DNA of 64,000 nucleotides, from the NCBI GenBank assembly GCA_032718475.1, contig JAUCBJ010001497.1, positions 385 to 64,384 of the forward strand, given 5' to 3'. Shown here piece by piece: positions 1 to 11,390 of the stretch. The stretch comes from Nemertoderma westbladi. Taxonomy: Eukaryota > Animalia > Xenacoelomorpha. Each line of letters opens with the position of its first letter. Within the stretch, counting starts at the first letter, position 1. A program made the translations under genes and the position numbers. The notes below the pieces were generated by a model. That model had not been told where the DNA came from. It saw only the letters and a list, made by a program, of their open reading frames with translations, and did not search any database.

Positions 1-3000
1 ACCGAAAACGATCTCGTTAGGTGATCGTCCATCAGCTTTCGGGGTATTGCGGAGTTCCAGCAGTCCATCCTGGAACTCTTCAGAATTGGTATCGTGGCGG
101 GGAACCTTTGATGCGAGGTGTTTAAGGGATTTAACTGCAGCTTCTGCATGTCCATTACTGGACGGGAAGTATGGGGTGCTGGGTCTCCATTCAACTCCCC
201 ATCGCTTCAGGAATGCACGGAATGAGGCTGCATTGAATTGAGGTCCACCATCTGACCTCAAGAGAACAGGGACTCCTAGGTCTACAAACCACTGTCTTAA
301 AATATATGCAACTTCCTTTGAAGTTGGGTCATACCGCCACTCATGAATATCTGGGTAGCCAGAAAGTCGGTCGACGTAAACAAGGTAGTGTTTACTACCA
401 ATTGCAAAAAGGTCTGTAGATACAGATTGGAATGGATGGTTTGGAATTTCATCAGATTGTAGTGTCTCTTTCGCGAGACTGGGTCGCAATTCCTGGCAAG
501 CAAGGCATTTATTAATCATAAGTTCAATATCACGTGATATTCCAGGCCAGTATACAGTCTGGCGGGCGCGCTGCTTGGTACGGGTGATACCCTGATGGGA
601 TGTATGCAGTCGACGTAATATTTCGGGCTGTTGGGATTGTGGGATAATAATCCTATCCCGGTAAAGGATTAGTCCATCGGCTAATGAAAGTTCACCGCGA
701 ATCGATGTGAACTTTTTTAAAAATGGAGGTAGCTCTCGGATATCCTTAAAATCATTTTGGATTAATTCGATGAGTTTCTTGTAGTTCGAATCATCCTGTG
801 CTGCTACACGCAGTTCCTCGAGGATGGGATCATTGATTCGGGGTGTTGTTTCCTCGATTTTAGCACACGCAGCAGCGATATTAAAGTTACAGCCATCGAA
901 ATCGTCCTCCTCTGGGGAAGGGTCGTCAACTGGTGAACGGCTAAGGCAGTCGGCTATTCTATGGGATTTTCCTTTTTGCCATTCGACTTTGAATTGGTAA
1001 CAGGATTGCAGATCACTTTTGATCCGCTGAATTTTTGTGTTTTCGACCTGATCAACTGAGTAGTTATTAAATAGTGTGACTAAAGGCCTGTGATCTGTCA
1101 CAACTGTGAATAAAGGAAGGCCCAATAAGTATATGCGGCATTTCTGGATTGCATATCGGATCGCGCAGCACTCCAGTTCTATTGTGGCATAGCGCGTTTC
1201 TGCATCTGACAGGAAACGGCTACCGCAACATATTAAATTCCAATGATCTCCATGCCGCTGTAGAAGATCGAAACCGAAACCATGCAGACGGCTAGCGTCT
1301 GTTTCCAGCTTGGTCTCTGCCTGTAGATTAAATGGTGCAAGGATTGGCGGTTGCACCAATGCATTTTTCACCTTCAGGAATGCATCTTGGTGGTTGGGGG
1401 TCCACATGAAAGTATTACGGGTGCGCAATAAGTCCCGGAGAGGTGCTGCATATGTGCTTATTTCGCTGGAAAAATGGCCTAACTGGTTCACAAGGCCCAT
1501 AAAGCTGCGAAGATCCGGAATATTGAGAGGGGTTGGATAGCCAGCTATTGCTTTGAGTTTATTAGGGTCTGCTTCGGTTCCTGCACCAGACACAATAAAC
1601 CCGGCGAATTTTACACAGGGTTGGGCGAATTGCCATTTTGAGGGATGTAATGTAATCCCTGCCTCGCGGCATTTCTGAAGGATAGTCCGGACCCGCTGGA
1701 TGTGGTCTGTGAGGTTAGTGTCCTGGATGAGTATATCATCCACCACTTTATGTACCTGTGGCACCCCTTGGAGTGCCATGTCTCCACGGTAGTTATAGCT
1801 ATCGCCTGTAGATATGAACCCCATTGGAGCCCGTCGATATCTAAAACGTCCCCATGGAGTGATGAAAGTCGTATAATCCCGAGAGGATTCCGCAAGTTCC
1901 ACCTGCCAGTACCCCTTCCTGGCGTCTAGAACTGTAAATATTTGCGCCCCCGGTGTTCGATCAGATACTACGTCATATGGAGTGCGGGAATTGTGAGTAG
2001 TTCGGTGGACCTGGGAATTCAATTTAGTGAGGTCCACAGTCATGCGAATTTCTCCTGGGGAATTCGGCTTTGGGCAAACCACAATCGGGTGGCACCATAA
2101 AGTAGGGCGATCCCCTACCCGTTCTATAATTCCCTGCGTCTCCATGGCGATGATTTCCAATCGGGCTTTCTCCCTGTAGGGGAAAGGTATAGACCGCGCT
2201 GCATGGATACAAAATGGTTGGGCATTGTCCCTCAACTCAATCTCCATGGGAGGCCCGGTCATTGTCCGTAATGGACCACCACTAGCAAAAACATCCTGGA
2301 ATTCCACCAGAAGTTCTTGTTTAATATTTTTTACATTGGTATCATTATGATCTACAGGTACAGCTGAGATTAAATTTGGGATATTATTTATTGGTTTTGG
2401 AATAACAGTATATTCTATAGGTACAGCTGATATTATGTTCGGGATTTTATTTGGGGATTTTGAGGGATTACAAGGGATTACATTTATAGAAGTTTCTCTC
2501 CACCCACTTACCAGATGAAGAGGGGTGGGAAATTCTGGGTGAACAATCCCAAGCCCCTTACAGGCAGGGAGAGATAAGTATATATCTTTGAAAAGGTCTG
2601 GACAAAGATAAATCCAATCCCCATGGGTTTCATTCCCAACCGATAATTCCATATAAATCATCCCTTCACAAGATATAGTTCCGCCATTGGCATTTAACAA
2701 TGGGCAGTCTGGGGGCACAATTTTACCCCCTTCACCCTCAGGCAGGGCCCATTCGTATAGAATGTCTGAGCCCGCAGCAATAACTTGAGCCCCCGTGTCA
2801 GCAATACACGTAGTGTTTCCAACGTATTCCCCCTCCAAATAAAAATCAATGGGAACCAGCGGTTTCCGGTGTGTGGCTGTGTACCCATGGATATCCGCTA
2901 TGCGGATTACACTAGTGTTTTGCGGACGTTTTTTGTATTTTGCCGCGACGCATTGTGATGCGTAATGTCCTTTTATATTACAATTACGGCAAGTTTTATC

Positions 3001-3703
3001 GGCCGCTTTGCAATAATCACCGCCTCTATGTGGAAAATTCCCACCACAGTATATACATTCACCCTTTGCTTTGGCTTTAGCCATTGCATCCCGAATTCGA
3101 GCGGCTGAAGGAGATCGGGTTTGGATTTCTTCCTTAGAACGTTTATAACCGCTCTTATATCGCGACTTCGACTTACTCCTTCCTTGTCGGTTGTCTGTGG
3201 TACCGGTAGGTTGCTGTATTCCGCTAATACGGCGTTGTTTAAGGAGTTGAGTGTCACGAATTGCAATCTCGCGGGATCGACAAAAGTCGACAGTTTCTTG
3301 GCGATTCATTGGCGGACGTTTAGAGAATAATTCTTCCCGGGTTTCATCGTCCCGAATTCCTTGGATCAGAAGGGTGTTTAACCAGTCGTCCCTGTTCATT
3401 GATTCAAGCTCGGCGTCCTCGGCCATCTCGCAGAGGCGAACGTAATAATCGTCAAAATTCTGACCCTGTTCTTGCTGTAGTTGAACCAGTTTATGGCGAT
3501 CCACAACTACATTCTGCTCGGCGCGAAGATAAACCCGTATATCTTCCAGGACTTCCGACGCCGATTTTTCCGTTTCGGTGGATATTCCGAGTCTATAACG
3601 GATATGGTTGAGGAATTCTGGGGAACAGTAAGAGAAAAACACAGATATCTGTTCTTCCCGTGGTTTTTCGTCGAGTCTAACGGCACGAACGTAGTTACGC
3701 CAC
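1..3703 (-). mobile_element. Degenerate Ty3/Gypsy (Mag-like) LTR retrotransposon internal region, gag-pol, truncated by window start
   Basis: Minus-strand translation gives two gag CCHC knuckles (CIYCGGNFPH..C, CRNCNIKGHYASQC, ~2945-3060), protease IADTGAQ (~2785-2805), RNase H ETDASRLHGFG / ETRYATIELE / TDHRPLV (~1075-1310) and integrase SDGGPQF / SPYFPSSNGHAEAAVK (~130-255). The order PR-RT-RH-IN is Gypsy. Many stops and frameshifts. PBS-like TGGCGTAACT begins at 3702 (minus). Confidence 0.9.
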
Positions 3704-4348
3704 TGTACTTCCCAGCGTTTAAAACGCTGATAATTAAAGTCTATATCTGAAAGAAGAATAATCTATTGCAAGACCAGATGTTTATTATAATTTTCTTAGG
3801 CGATTTGACAATGGTTTACATGATAACGAATGATAATTTAAATAATTTAAACTTTGTGGCAGCCCAACGTTGGTATACAGTATAACTCAACATAGGATTC
3901 AATGGTGGGGTTAGTCATGCTACGTCTAATAAGAGCACAAACAGCCACAGATTATTTAGGGATTGAGCTAGGACCAAACTGGCCCACTTTATTTTCTTGA
4001 AAGGGTAATTTATGTTTTGGACCCCGTTCGCATCTTTATATTTCATTCTATCATGCTATTGTATGGCAAAAATAATACAAATGTACTGTATATTGTATTA
4101 TTGTTCCTATTGTATTGTATATTTCATTTGCTGTAGTACAATCTATTCATCTCGCGTCCCTATCTGATTGATTTGTGTCAAATTAAATTGCCTTTGGCAA
4201 CATTATTTGATACAAATCGATTGATTAAACAATTAATTAATTGTTTAATCGACCAATTAATTAATTGTTTAATTAATTAATGACCTACTTAACACCCAAG
4301 GTGTGAAGTTGGTCTAACTGTCGCCGAGGATGGCAAACCATTACTACT
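3704..4348 (-). mobile_element. Putative 5' LTR of the Gypsy element
   Basis: Lies directly upstream of gag/PBS, ends ...GTACA before TGGCG and interrupts a CR1-like RT ORF at 4348. 3748-4348 recurs inverted at 51247-52230. It starts AGT rather than TG, so boundaries are uncertain. Confidence 0.6.
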
Positions 4349-4919
4349 TGTAAGTATAGTGAAATTGGTAGAATGTTCAACTTTATTAGTCTTTCTTTAT
4401 ATCTGTTTTCATCATTTCCTAAAATCCATATTGAAGATCTGCGCTGAATGGATTCTACTCGATGGGCATCTGTCTTGTTAGCAAACCAGCAGGGTGATCC
4501 ATAACATATAACAGGCAAAACCATGGACTTATTTATATTATATTTATATTTTATTTATATTTTATTCTAAGTTTAGTTTAGATTGGATTGGTAATTGAGC
4601 TGAACAGTTTCTTTTGATGAGGAAGAGTGTACGATTTGCTTTGCTGCATTTGTCATTGATGTGAGCCGTCCATGCAGGACATTGCTTTCGCCGTGAGGAC
4701 CAGCCAGTGCATAATCTTGTACTTTGGCAGCCTCATGGAGTGAATAAGCATGGTGGACAGCCCATGACTTTCTTGAGACGCATCTTAAAGGACACTGGCC
4801 TTAAAGATGCGGATGATCTAGCAAATGTCATGGGTGATAGGGAGTTGTGGCGGTGCAATTTTGTTGACAAGCCGGCACAGCATTCTTAAAAATGCAGCTG
4901 CAATGCAGCATGCCGATCC

Positions 4920-4955
<36 letters not shown>

Positions 4956-5990
4956 AGCCGTCCAAGATAGGTTAGATGCTATTGTAATCCCCAAGTCTTT
5001 CTCTGTATCTACCTCTGTAGATCTCTGTATCTGTATCTTATTTTTCTTGAATATATAGTACGCTCTTCGATGTCGTCCTTAAAAACAATTTGCTTGCATT
5101 TCCGTTCGTTAAATTCTAGTCCAGCTTCTAATCCCCAAATCACAAGGTTGTCGATGTCTAGTTGTGTATTAGAAACGCTGTTTGATGCCGAGATAGATAG
5201 TAATTTACAATCGTCAGCGAGTAGAAAAGGAATGCTAACATTGCAAACCTCTGGCAAGAAAGAGTAGAGGCCCCAATAGGGAACCATGCGCCATCCCACT
5301 GTCTACTCGTCTCGCAGACGACGTGGCATTTCCAACTTTGACAGACTGTGTCCGTCCTGACAGATAGCTACGAATAATGTACCATAGATTCCCTCGCACA
5401 CTGATTATCCATAATTTCCTGAGAACCGATTCGTGGCTGACAGAATCAAATGCCTTTTGGATGTCCAGATAAATTGTCTCTACAGCTAATTGCCCGTCAT
5501 CTGTACCCTTGTACACATTGTCCAGGAATATCAGCAGTTGGGTTATTGTAGACCGGGATTTCCTGAAGCCATGTTGGGCATTTTGTAATCGCTCACGCAC
5601 TTGCTCATATATAGCTACAAAAATACAACGTTCAAAGACCTTTCCTGGAATTGCCAGAAGAGAGATTGGATGATATAGGATTACCTCGACCTTGCTTCCA
5701 TTTTTGTGTTGAGGACCAACAATTGCATGTTTCCATACTTTGGGAAAATGGTTTGATGCTTTTAGGATATCAAATAATGATGACAATGAGGGGGCCAACA
5801 CAGTTGCTAACGATTTGAATAATGCAGGGGGGATATTATCAGGATCACGAGATTTTGTCGCGTCTAAGGACGATAATACCTTCTCAACTGTCTCAACTGA
5901 TGTACCATAATCGTCTGTGGTTTCCATGTTAACAGGTTCAGTATAGTCGTGTGTTATATACAAAGTGAACTTGGAGTTTAAAGGGTCAGG
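4349..5990 (-). mobile_element. CR1/L2-like LINE ORF2 fragment (RT and C-terminal region), interrupted by an RTE insertion and cut by the LTR element
   Basis: ORF 5235-5963 has YHPISLL, QHGFRKSRST and YLDIQKAFDSV; ORF 5009-5299 has LADD; ORF 4285-4524 has YGSPCW...ESIQRR...YKERLIKLNILP. Confidence 0.85.
4673..4954 (+). mobile_element. 5'-truncated RTE-clade LINE copy with (TAG)n tail
   Basis: Near identical to the 3' ends of the copies at 6886 and 26934. 10-bp TSD GAGCCGTCCA at 4663-4672 and 4955-4964. Confidence 0.9.
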
Positions 5991-6059
5991 GAAATGTCAA
6001 GGTAAAGTGAGGAAAACTGAACTAGGGGTGCGACCCTGAAAAGCATGAATAGAAAATAA

Positions 6060-6390
6060 CAGGAAATGGTGTAACGGATATGCGGTTCTTATATAAATCT
6101 AAAAGCCACACAAAGTAGGAGGGTCGTTTGTGAAGATTCGACCACACCGACCTAGGCGTTACGCCATTAGTACATAGAAAGTGGTTCCGATATACGGTTT
6201 TACGTAAATCTAAAAACACAACACAACGTGGGAGGATTCTTTGTGAAGATTCTACCACACCGACGTAGGCGTTACACCATTAGTACATAGAAAGTGGTTC
6301 CGATATCCGGTTTTATGTAAATCTAAAAAAACAACACAACGTGGGAGGATCCTTTGTAATGATTCTCCCACATCCACGTTGTGTAGGCAT
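6060..6390. repeat. ~113-bp tandem repeat, ~3 diverged copies
   Basis: TTGTGAAGATTC-like motif at 6128, 6241 and 6354, with shared AGAAAGTGGTTCCGATAT and TAAATCTAAAA blocks. Confidence 0.8.
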
Positions 6391-6406
6391 TACAACATGG
6401 TAGCAC

Positions 6407-6852
6407 AAACTTAGTTCCAATCGCACATTTTCAAATGCGAACTTAGTTCCAATTGAAACGAATTTAGTTCCAAAATAAATTTTACAAAGCGAATTTAGTT
6501 CCAATCGAGGCGAACTTAGTTCCAATCCCAGAATATAAAAACGAACTTAGTTCCAATGGATGCGAATTTAGTTCCAATGCATGCGAATTTAGTTCCAATG
6601 CATGCGAATTTAGTTCCAATGCATGCGAATTTAGTTCCAATGAAAGCGAATTTAGTTCCAATGCATGCGAATTTAGTTCCAATGCATGCGAATTTAGTTC
6701 CAATGCATGCGAATTTAGTTCCAATGAAAGCGAATTTAGTTCCAATGCAAGCGAATTTAGTTCCAATGGAAGCGAATTTAGTTCCAATGGGTACGAACTT
6801 AGTTCCAATGTTTCAATCATGGGGTTAGCCACGTAGTAGGCGAAGCCTATTG
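6407..6852 (-). repeat. 21-bp satellite (reverse orientation) with a unique terminal segment ending in a hairpin
   Basis: Unit GCGAATTTAGTTCCAATGCAT. The flank 6811-6845 is the reverse complement of 8465-8500. Hairpin TAGTAGGC-GAA-GCCTATTG at 6834-6852. Confidence 0.85.
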
Positions 6853-6885
6853 CGTATTGCCACTATTTGGGGTGGGTCAGGGTCA

Positions 6886-8053
6886 GGCATCTGGCTGTTA
6901 TCTTTGTTGACTTCTTCAAGGCCTTTGATTCAGTCTCTCGCTCACGTATGTTCAGCATACTTTCATTATATGGGATTCCTGATGAAATTATTGCAGCAAT
7001 AAGATCAGTATACGATGGTTCGACAACATTTGTGTCTACTGTTGACGGTGACACAGAACCATTTGAAGTGTTATGGGGCGTCCTCCAAGGAGACACACTT
7101 GCACCATTCTTGTTCATTATTGTGGTTGACTATGTTCTACGCATGTCCTTAGATCATCATAATGATGATGGGGTGATGATAACTCCACCTACTGGCTCCA
7201 GAAGTCGAGGAAATCCTGCCAAGTACCTAACTGATCTAGACTTTGCTGATGACTTAGGAGTACTCTCGGAATCACTAGAGGGAGCCCAACGGCTCCTCAG
7301 CTCATTAGAACATGCTGCTTCTAGTGTTGGTCTTTTTATTAACTCCAGAAAGACCACAATTTTGACAGTTAACTTTGAAAGTCCTCAGCAAGTCTCTGAT
7401 CGGATGAGCATAAGCTCAAAGGATGGTATGCTTGAGCATGTGGACGACTTCTGTTACCTGGGATCATGGATCCGGAAGTCAGGTGAGGATACGTAAGGGA
7501 AAGGCATGGGCAGCCTTGAATAGGCTTTCCAGGATTTGGAAGTCACCGAGAATTAATCGGAAACTTAAGGTCCGATTATTTAGAGCAGCAGTAGTTCCAG
7601 TACTCCTCTACGGGAGTCCATGCTGGGCTCTAACTGCTGAGGACACCAAATCTCTGGATGGCACATTCACAAGAATGCTACGCCGGGTTCATTGTGTCAA
7701 GTACAATGCACACATCTCCAACCAGACACTATATAACATTGGAGGTGTCTCATTGGTTCCCCCAAGCTTGACACTAGAACAAAATCGCCTCCGCTTTGCA
7801 GGACATTGCTTTCGCCGTGAGGACCAGCCAGTGCATAATCTTGTACTTTGGCAGCCTCATGGAGTGAATAAGCATGGTGGACAGCCCATGACTTTCTTGA
7901 GACGCATCTTAAAGGACACTGGCCTTGAAGATGCGGATGATCTAGCAAATGTCATGGGCGATAGGGAGTTGTGGCGGTGCAATTTTGTTGACAAGCCGGC
8001 ACAGCATTCTTAAAAATGCAGCTGCAATGCAGCATGCCGATCCTAGTAGTAGT
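6886..8053 (+). mobile_element. 5'-truncated RTE-clade LINE (RT C-terminal half), frameshifted
   Basis: FVDFFKAFDSV, GVLQGDTLAPFLF, LDFADD and LLYGSPCW motifs; (TAG)n tail; probable TSD AGGGTCA at 6879-6885 and 8054-8060; 8-bp deletion near 7488 relative to the 27-kb copy. Confidence 0.92.
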
Positions 8054-8613
8054 AGGGTCAACAATAATTGCAATAAATTGTAAAATCCTTCCGTCATATT
8101 TAAAAAACGAAGTATTATTAATGAATTAAATGTATAATTACACATTTTGAAATATATATTAATCACGAGTATACTGATACTGACTGACTGAGTCTGTAGT
8201 ATTATATACTCAAGTCATGCACATTGTGCCATTTTCACAGCAAATACAATATTTACCAGTTGTTTGGGTTAGGAGGTTGGGCGTTGTTTTTTACAATGAA
8301 TATGATTTTAAATGATTAAATATAAATGAATTTAATTGAATTGTTTGGGTTAAGGGGTTGGGCGTAGTTTGGGGTAAGATTGTTTTGGTTAGGAGGTTGG
8401 GCGTTTTGGGTTAGTTATTTACAATTATTATTTAATCATCCACCTAATAGTGTCCTTAAACATTCTTCGCCAACTACGTGGCTCGCCCCACACCTGAAAC
8501 ATTGGAACTAAATTCGCTTCCATTGGAACTAAATTCGCTTGCATTGGAACTAAATTCGCATCAATTGGAACTAAATTCGCATCCATTGGAACTAAATTCG
8601 CTTGCATTGGAAC

Positions 8614-8750
8614 TAATTATAAATGAATTGTTGTGGGGTGGGTGACGGCGAATAAATATATATGTTATAGTACATTATGATAATGCTCTCCATAGCGAAA
8701 AATATCAACCGCCCCTATTGGGGCTCGAACCCGGTACCTAGGTTTCAAAC
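8614..8750 (-). mobile_element. Inverted partial copy of the 370-bp hammerhead repeat unit
   Basis: Reverse complement reads GTTTGAAACCTAGGTACCGGGTTCGAGCCCC...CATTTATAATTA, matching the unit from the ribozyme GAAA onward. Confidence 0.9.
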
Positions 8751-8975
8751 GGTTTATTCGCCGTCACCCACCCCACAACAATTCATTTATAATTAATTAA
8801 CACGTATGGCCGGCATACGGGGTTACAGTGGTTTCTACAACACTGTATAATAGTTATTCTTTGAGGCATGGTTGCCATTTCTGGCAGAGCACGGGAATAA
8901 CGTTGTACTTTACTATGAGTGACGTAAAAAGGCCTAAAAATGATACCCCACTCCATAGCGAATAAATCTTCTACC

Positions 8976-9081
8976 GCCCTGGTAGCTCAGTGGTCTTAGG
9001 ACACACACTCGGCTGATGATAACCGGAAGTTTGAAACCTAGGTACCGGGTTCGAGCCCCAATAGGGGCGGTTGATATTTTT
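8976..9081 (+). promoter_or_regulatory. tRNA-like Pol III type-2 cassette (A box, B box, T-run terminator); repeated at 9346, 9716, 10086 and 10456
   Basis: GCCCTGG-TAGCTCAGTGG (A box) ... GGTTCGAGCCC (B box) ... AGGGGCG, followed by GTTGATATTTTTT. D, T and acceptor stems are imperfect and there is no canonical 7-nt anticodon loop. Confidence 0.7.
9007..9050 (+). ncRNA. Type I hammerhead ribozyme, copy 1
   Basis: ACUCGG (stem I) - CUGAUGA - UAAC/CGGAA/GUUU (stem II) - GAAA - CCUAGG (palindromic stem III) - UA, then predicted cleavage after 9044 - CCGGGU (stem I'). Confidence 0.82.
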
Positions 9082-9376
9082 CGCTATGGAGAGCATTATC
9101 ATAATGTACTATAACATATATATTTATTCGCCGTCACCCACCCCACAACAATTCATTTATAATTAATTAACACGCATGGCCGGCATACGGGGTTACAGTG
9201 GTTTCTACAACACTGTATAATAGTTATTCTTTGAGGCATGGTTGCCATTTCTGGCAGAGCACGGGAATAACGTTGTACTTTACTATGAGTGACGTAAAAA
9301 GGCCTAAAAATGATACCCCACTCCATAGCGAATAAATCTTCTACCGCCCTGGTAGCTCAGTGGTCTTAGGACACAC

Positions 9377-9420
9377 ACTCGGCTGATGATAACCGGAAGT
9401 TTGAAACCTAGGTACCGGGT
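9377..9420 (+). ncRNA. Type I hammerhead ribozyme, copy 2
   Basis: Identical to copy 1. Confidence 0.82.
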
Positions 9421-9746
9421 TCGAGCCCCAATAGGGGCGGTTGATATTTTTCGCTATGGAGAGCATTATCATAATGTACTATAACATATATATTTATTCG
9501 CCGTCACCCACCCCACAACAATTCATTTATAATTAATTAACACGCATGGCCGGCATACGGGGTTACAGTGGTTTCTACAACACTGTATAATAGTTATTCT
9601 TTGAGGCATGGTTGCCATTTCTGGCAGAGCACGGGAATAACGTTGTACTTTACTATGAGTGACGTAAAAAGGCCTAAAAATGATACCCCACTCCATAGCG
9701 AATAAATCTTCTACCGCCCTGGTAGCTCAGTGGTCTTAGGACACAC

Positions 9747-9790
9747 ACTCGGCTGATGATAACCGGAAGTTTGAAACCTAGGTACCGGGT
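9747..9790 (+). ncRNA. Type I hammerhead ribozyme, copy 3
   Basis: Identical to copy 1. Confidence 0.82.
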
Positions 9791-10116
9791 TCGAGCCCCA
9801 ATAGGGGCGGTTGATATTTTTCGCTATGGAGAGCATTATCATAATGTACTATAACATATATATTTATTCGCCGTCACCCACCCCACAACAATTCATTTAT
9901 AATTAATTAACACGCATGGCCGGCATACGGGGTTACAGTGGTTTCTACAACACTGTATAATAGTTATTCTTTGAGGCATGGTTGCCATTTCTGGCAGAGC
10001 ACGGGAATAACGTTGTACTTTACTATGAGTGACGTAAAAAGGCCTAAAAATGATACCCCACTCCATAGCGAATAAATCTTCTACCGCCCTGGTAGCTCAG
10101 TGGTCTTAGGACACAC

Positions 10117-10160
10117 ACTCGGCTGATGATAACCGGAAGTTTGAAACCTAGGTACCGGGT
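10117..10160 (+). ncRNA. Type I hammerhead ribozyme, copy 4
   Basis: Identical to copy 1. Confidence 0.82.
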
Positions 10161-10486
10161 TCGAGCCCCAATAGGGGCGGTTGATATTTTTCGCTATGGA
10201 GAGCATTATCATAATGTACTATAACATATATATTTATTCGCCGTCACCCACCCCACAACAATTCATTTATAATTAATTAACACGCATGGCCGGCATACGG
10301 GGTTACAGTGGTTTCTACAACACTGTATAATAGTTATTCTTTGAGGCATGGTTGTCATTTCTGGCAGAGCACGGGAATAACGATGTACTTTACTATGAGT
10401 GACGTAAAAAGGCCTAAAAATGATACCCCACTCCACAGCGAATAAATCTTCTACCGCCCTGGTAGCTCAGTGGTCTTAGGACACAC

Positions 10487-10531
10487 ACTCGGCTGATGAT
10501 AACCGGAAGTTTGAAAACCTAGGTACCGGGT
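10487..10531 (+). ncRNA. Type I hammerhead ribozyme, copy 5 (GAAAA variant)
   Basis: As copy 1 but with an extra A in the GAAA core (mutation or homopolymer error). Confidence 0.7.
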
Positions 10532-11390
10532 TCGAGCCCCAATAGGGGCGGTTGATATTTTTCGCTATGGAGAGCATTATCATAATGTACTATAACATAT
10601 ATATGCATTGGAACTAAGTTCGCATCCATTGGAACTAAATTTGCATCAATTGGAACTAAATTCGCATGCATTGGAACTAAATTCGTTTTAGTTTTTCTCT
10701 AATTATTGGAACCAAGTTCAAATTGGAACTAAATTCGCCAAAATTGGAACTAAATTCGTTTCCATTGGAAATAAATTCGCTTGCATTGGAACTAAGTTCG
10801 CATCCATTGGAACTAAATTCGCTTCCATTGGAACTAAATTCGCTTCCATTGGAACTAAATTCGCTTGCATTGGAACTAAGTTCGCATCCATTGGAACTAA
10901 ATTCGCATCCATTGGAACTAAATTCGCTTGCATTGGAACTAAGTTCGCATCCATTGGAACTAAATTCGCATCAATTGGAACTAAATTCGCATCCATTGGA
11001 ACTAAATTCGCATCAATTGGAACTAAATTCGCATGCATTGGAACTAAATTCGTTTTCGTTTTTCTCTAATTATTGGAACAAAGTTCAAATTGGAACTAAA
11101 TTCGCCAAAATTGGAACTAAATTCGTTTCCATTGGAACTAAATTCGCTTGCATTGGAACTAAGTTCGCATCCATTGGAACTAAATTTGCTTCCATTGGAA
11201 CTAAATTCGCTTCCATTGGAACTAAATTCGCTTGCATTGGAACTAAGTTCGCATCCATTGGAACTAAATTCGCATCCATTGGAACTAAATTCGCTTGCAT
11301 TGGAACTAAGTTCGCATCCATTGGAACTAAATTCGCATCTGTACTATCTGATACTGGCGTACCACTGACTGACATACCAGCTACCTGCAA

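Larger units (their letters stand above)
8753..10603 (+). mobile_element. Tandem array of five 370-bp units, each containing a hammerhead ribozyme and a tRNA-like Pol III promoter (non-LTR retrozyme-like element)
   Basis: Units start at 8753, 9123, 9493, 9863 and 10233. They are near identical; the fifth has a few substitutions and a 1-nt insertion. Inserted in the 21-bp satellite. Confidence 0.88.

Noticed and set aside
8976-9069. Functional tRNA gene array (Ile-GAT, Asn or Sec-like)
   Set aside because: D, T and acceptor stems have mismatches and the anticodon loop is 10 nt; the centre fits a hammerhead fold better.
10604-11339. CRISPR-like array (constant ATTGGAACTAAATTCG plus variable bases)
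   Set aside because: The variable part is only ~5 nt and recurrent, there are no cas genes and the context is eukaryotic; it is a satellite.
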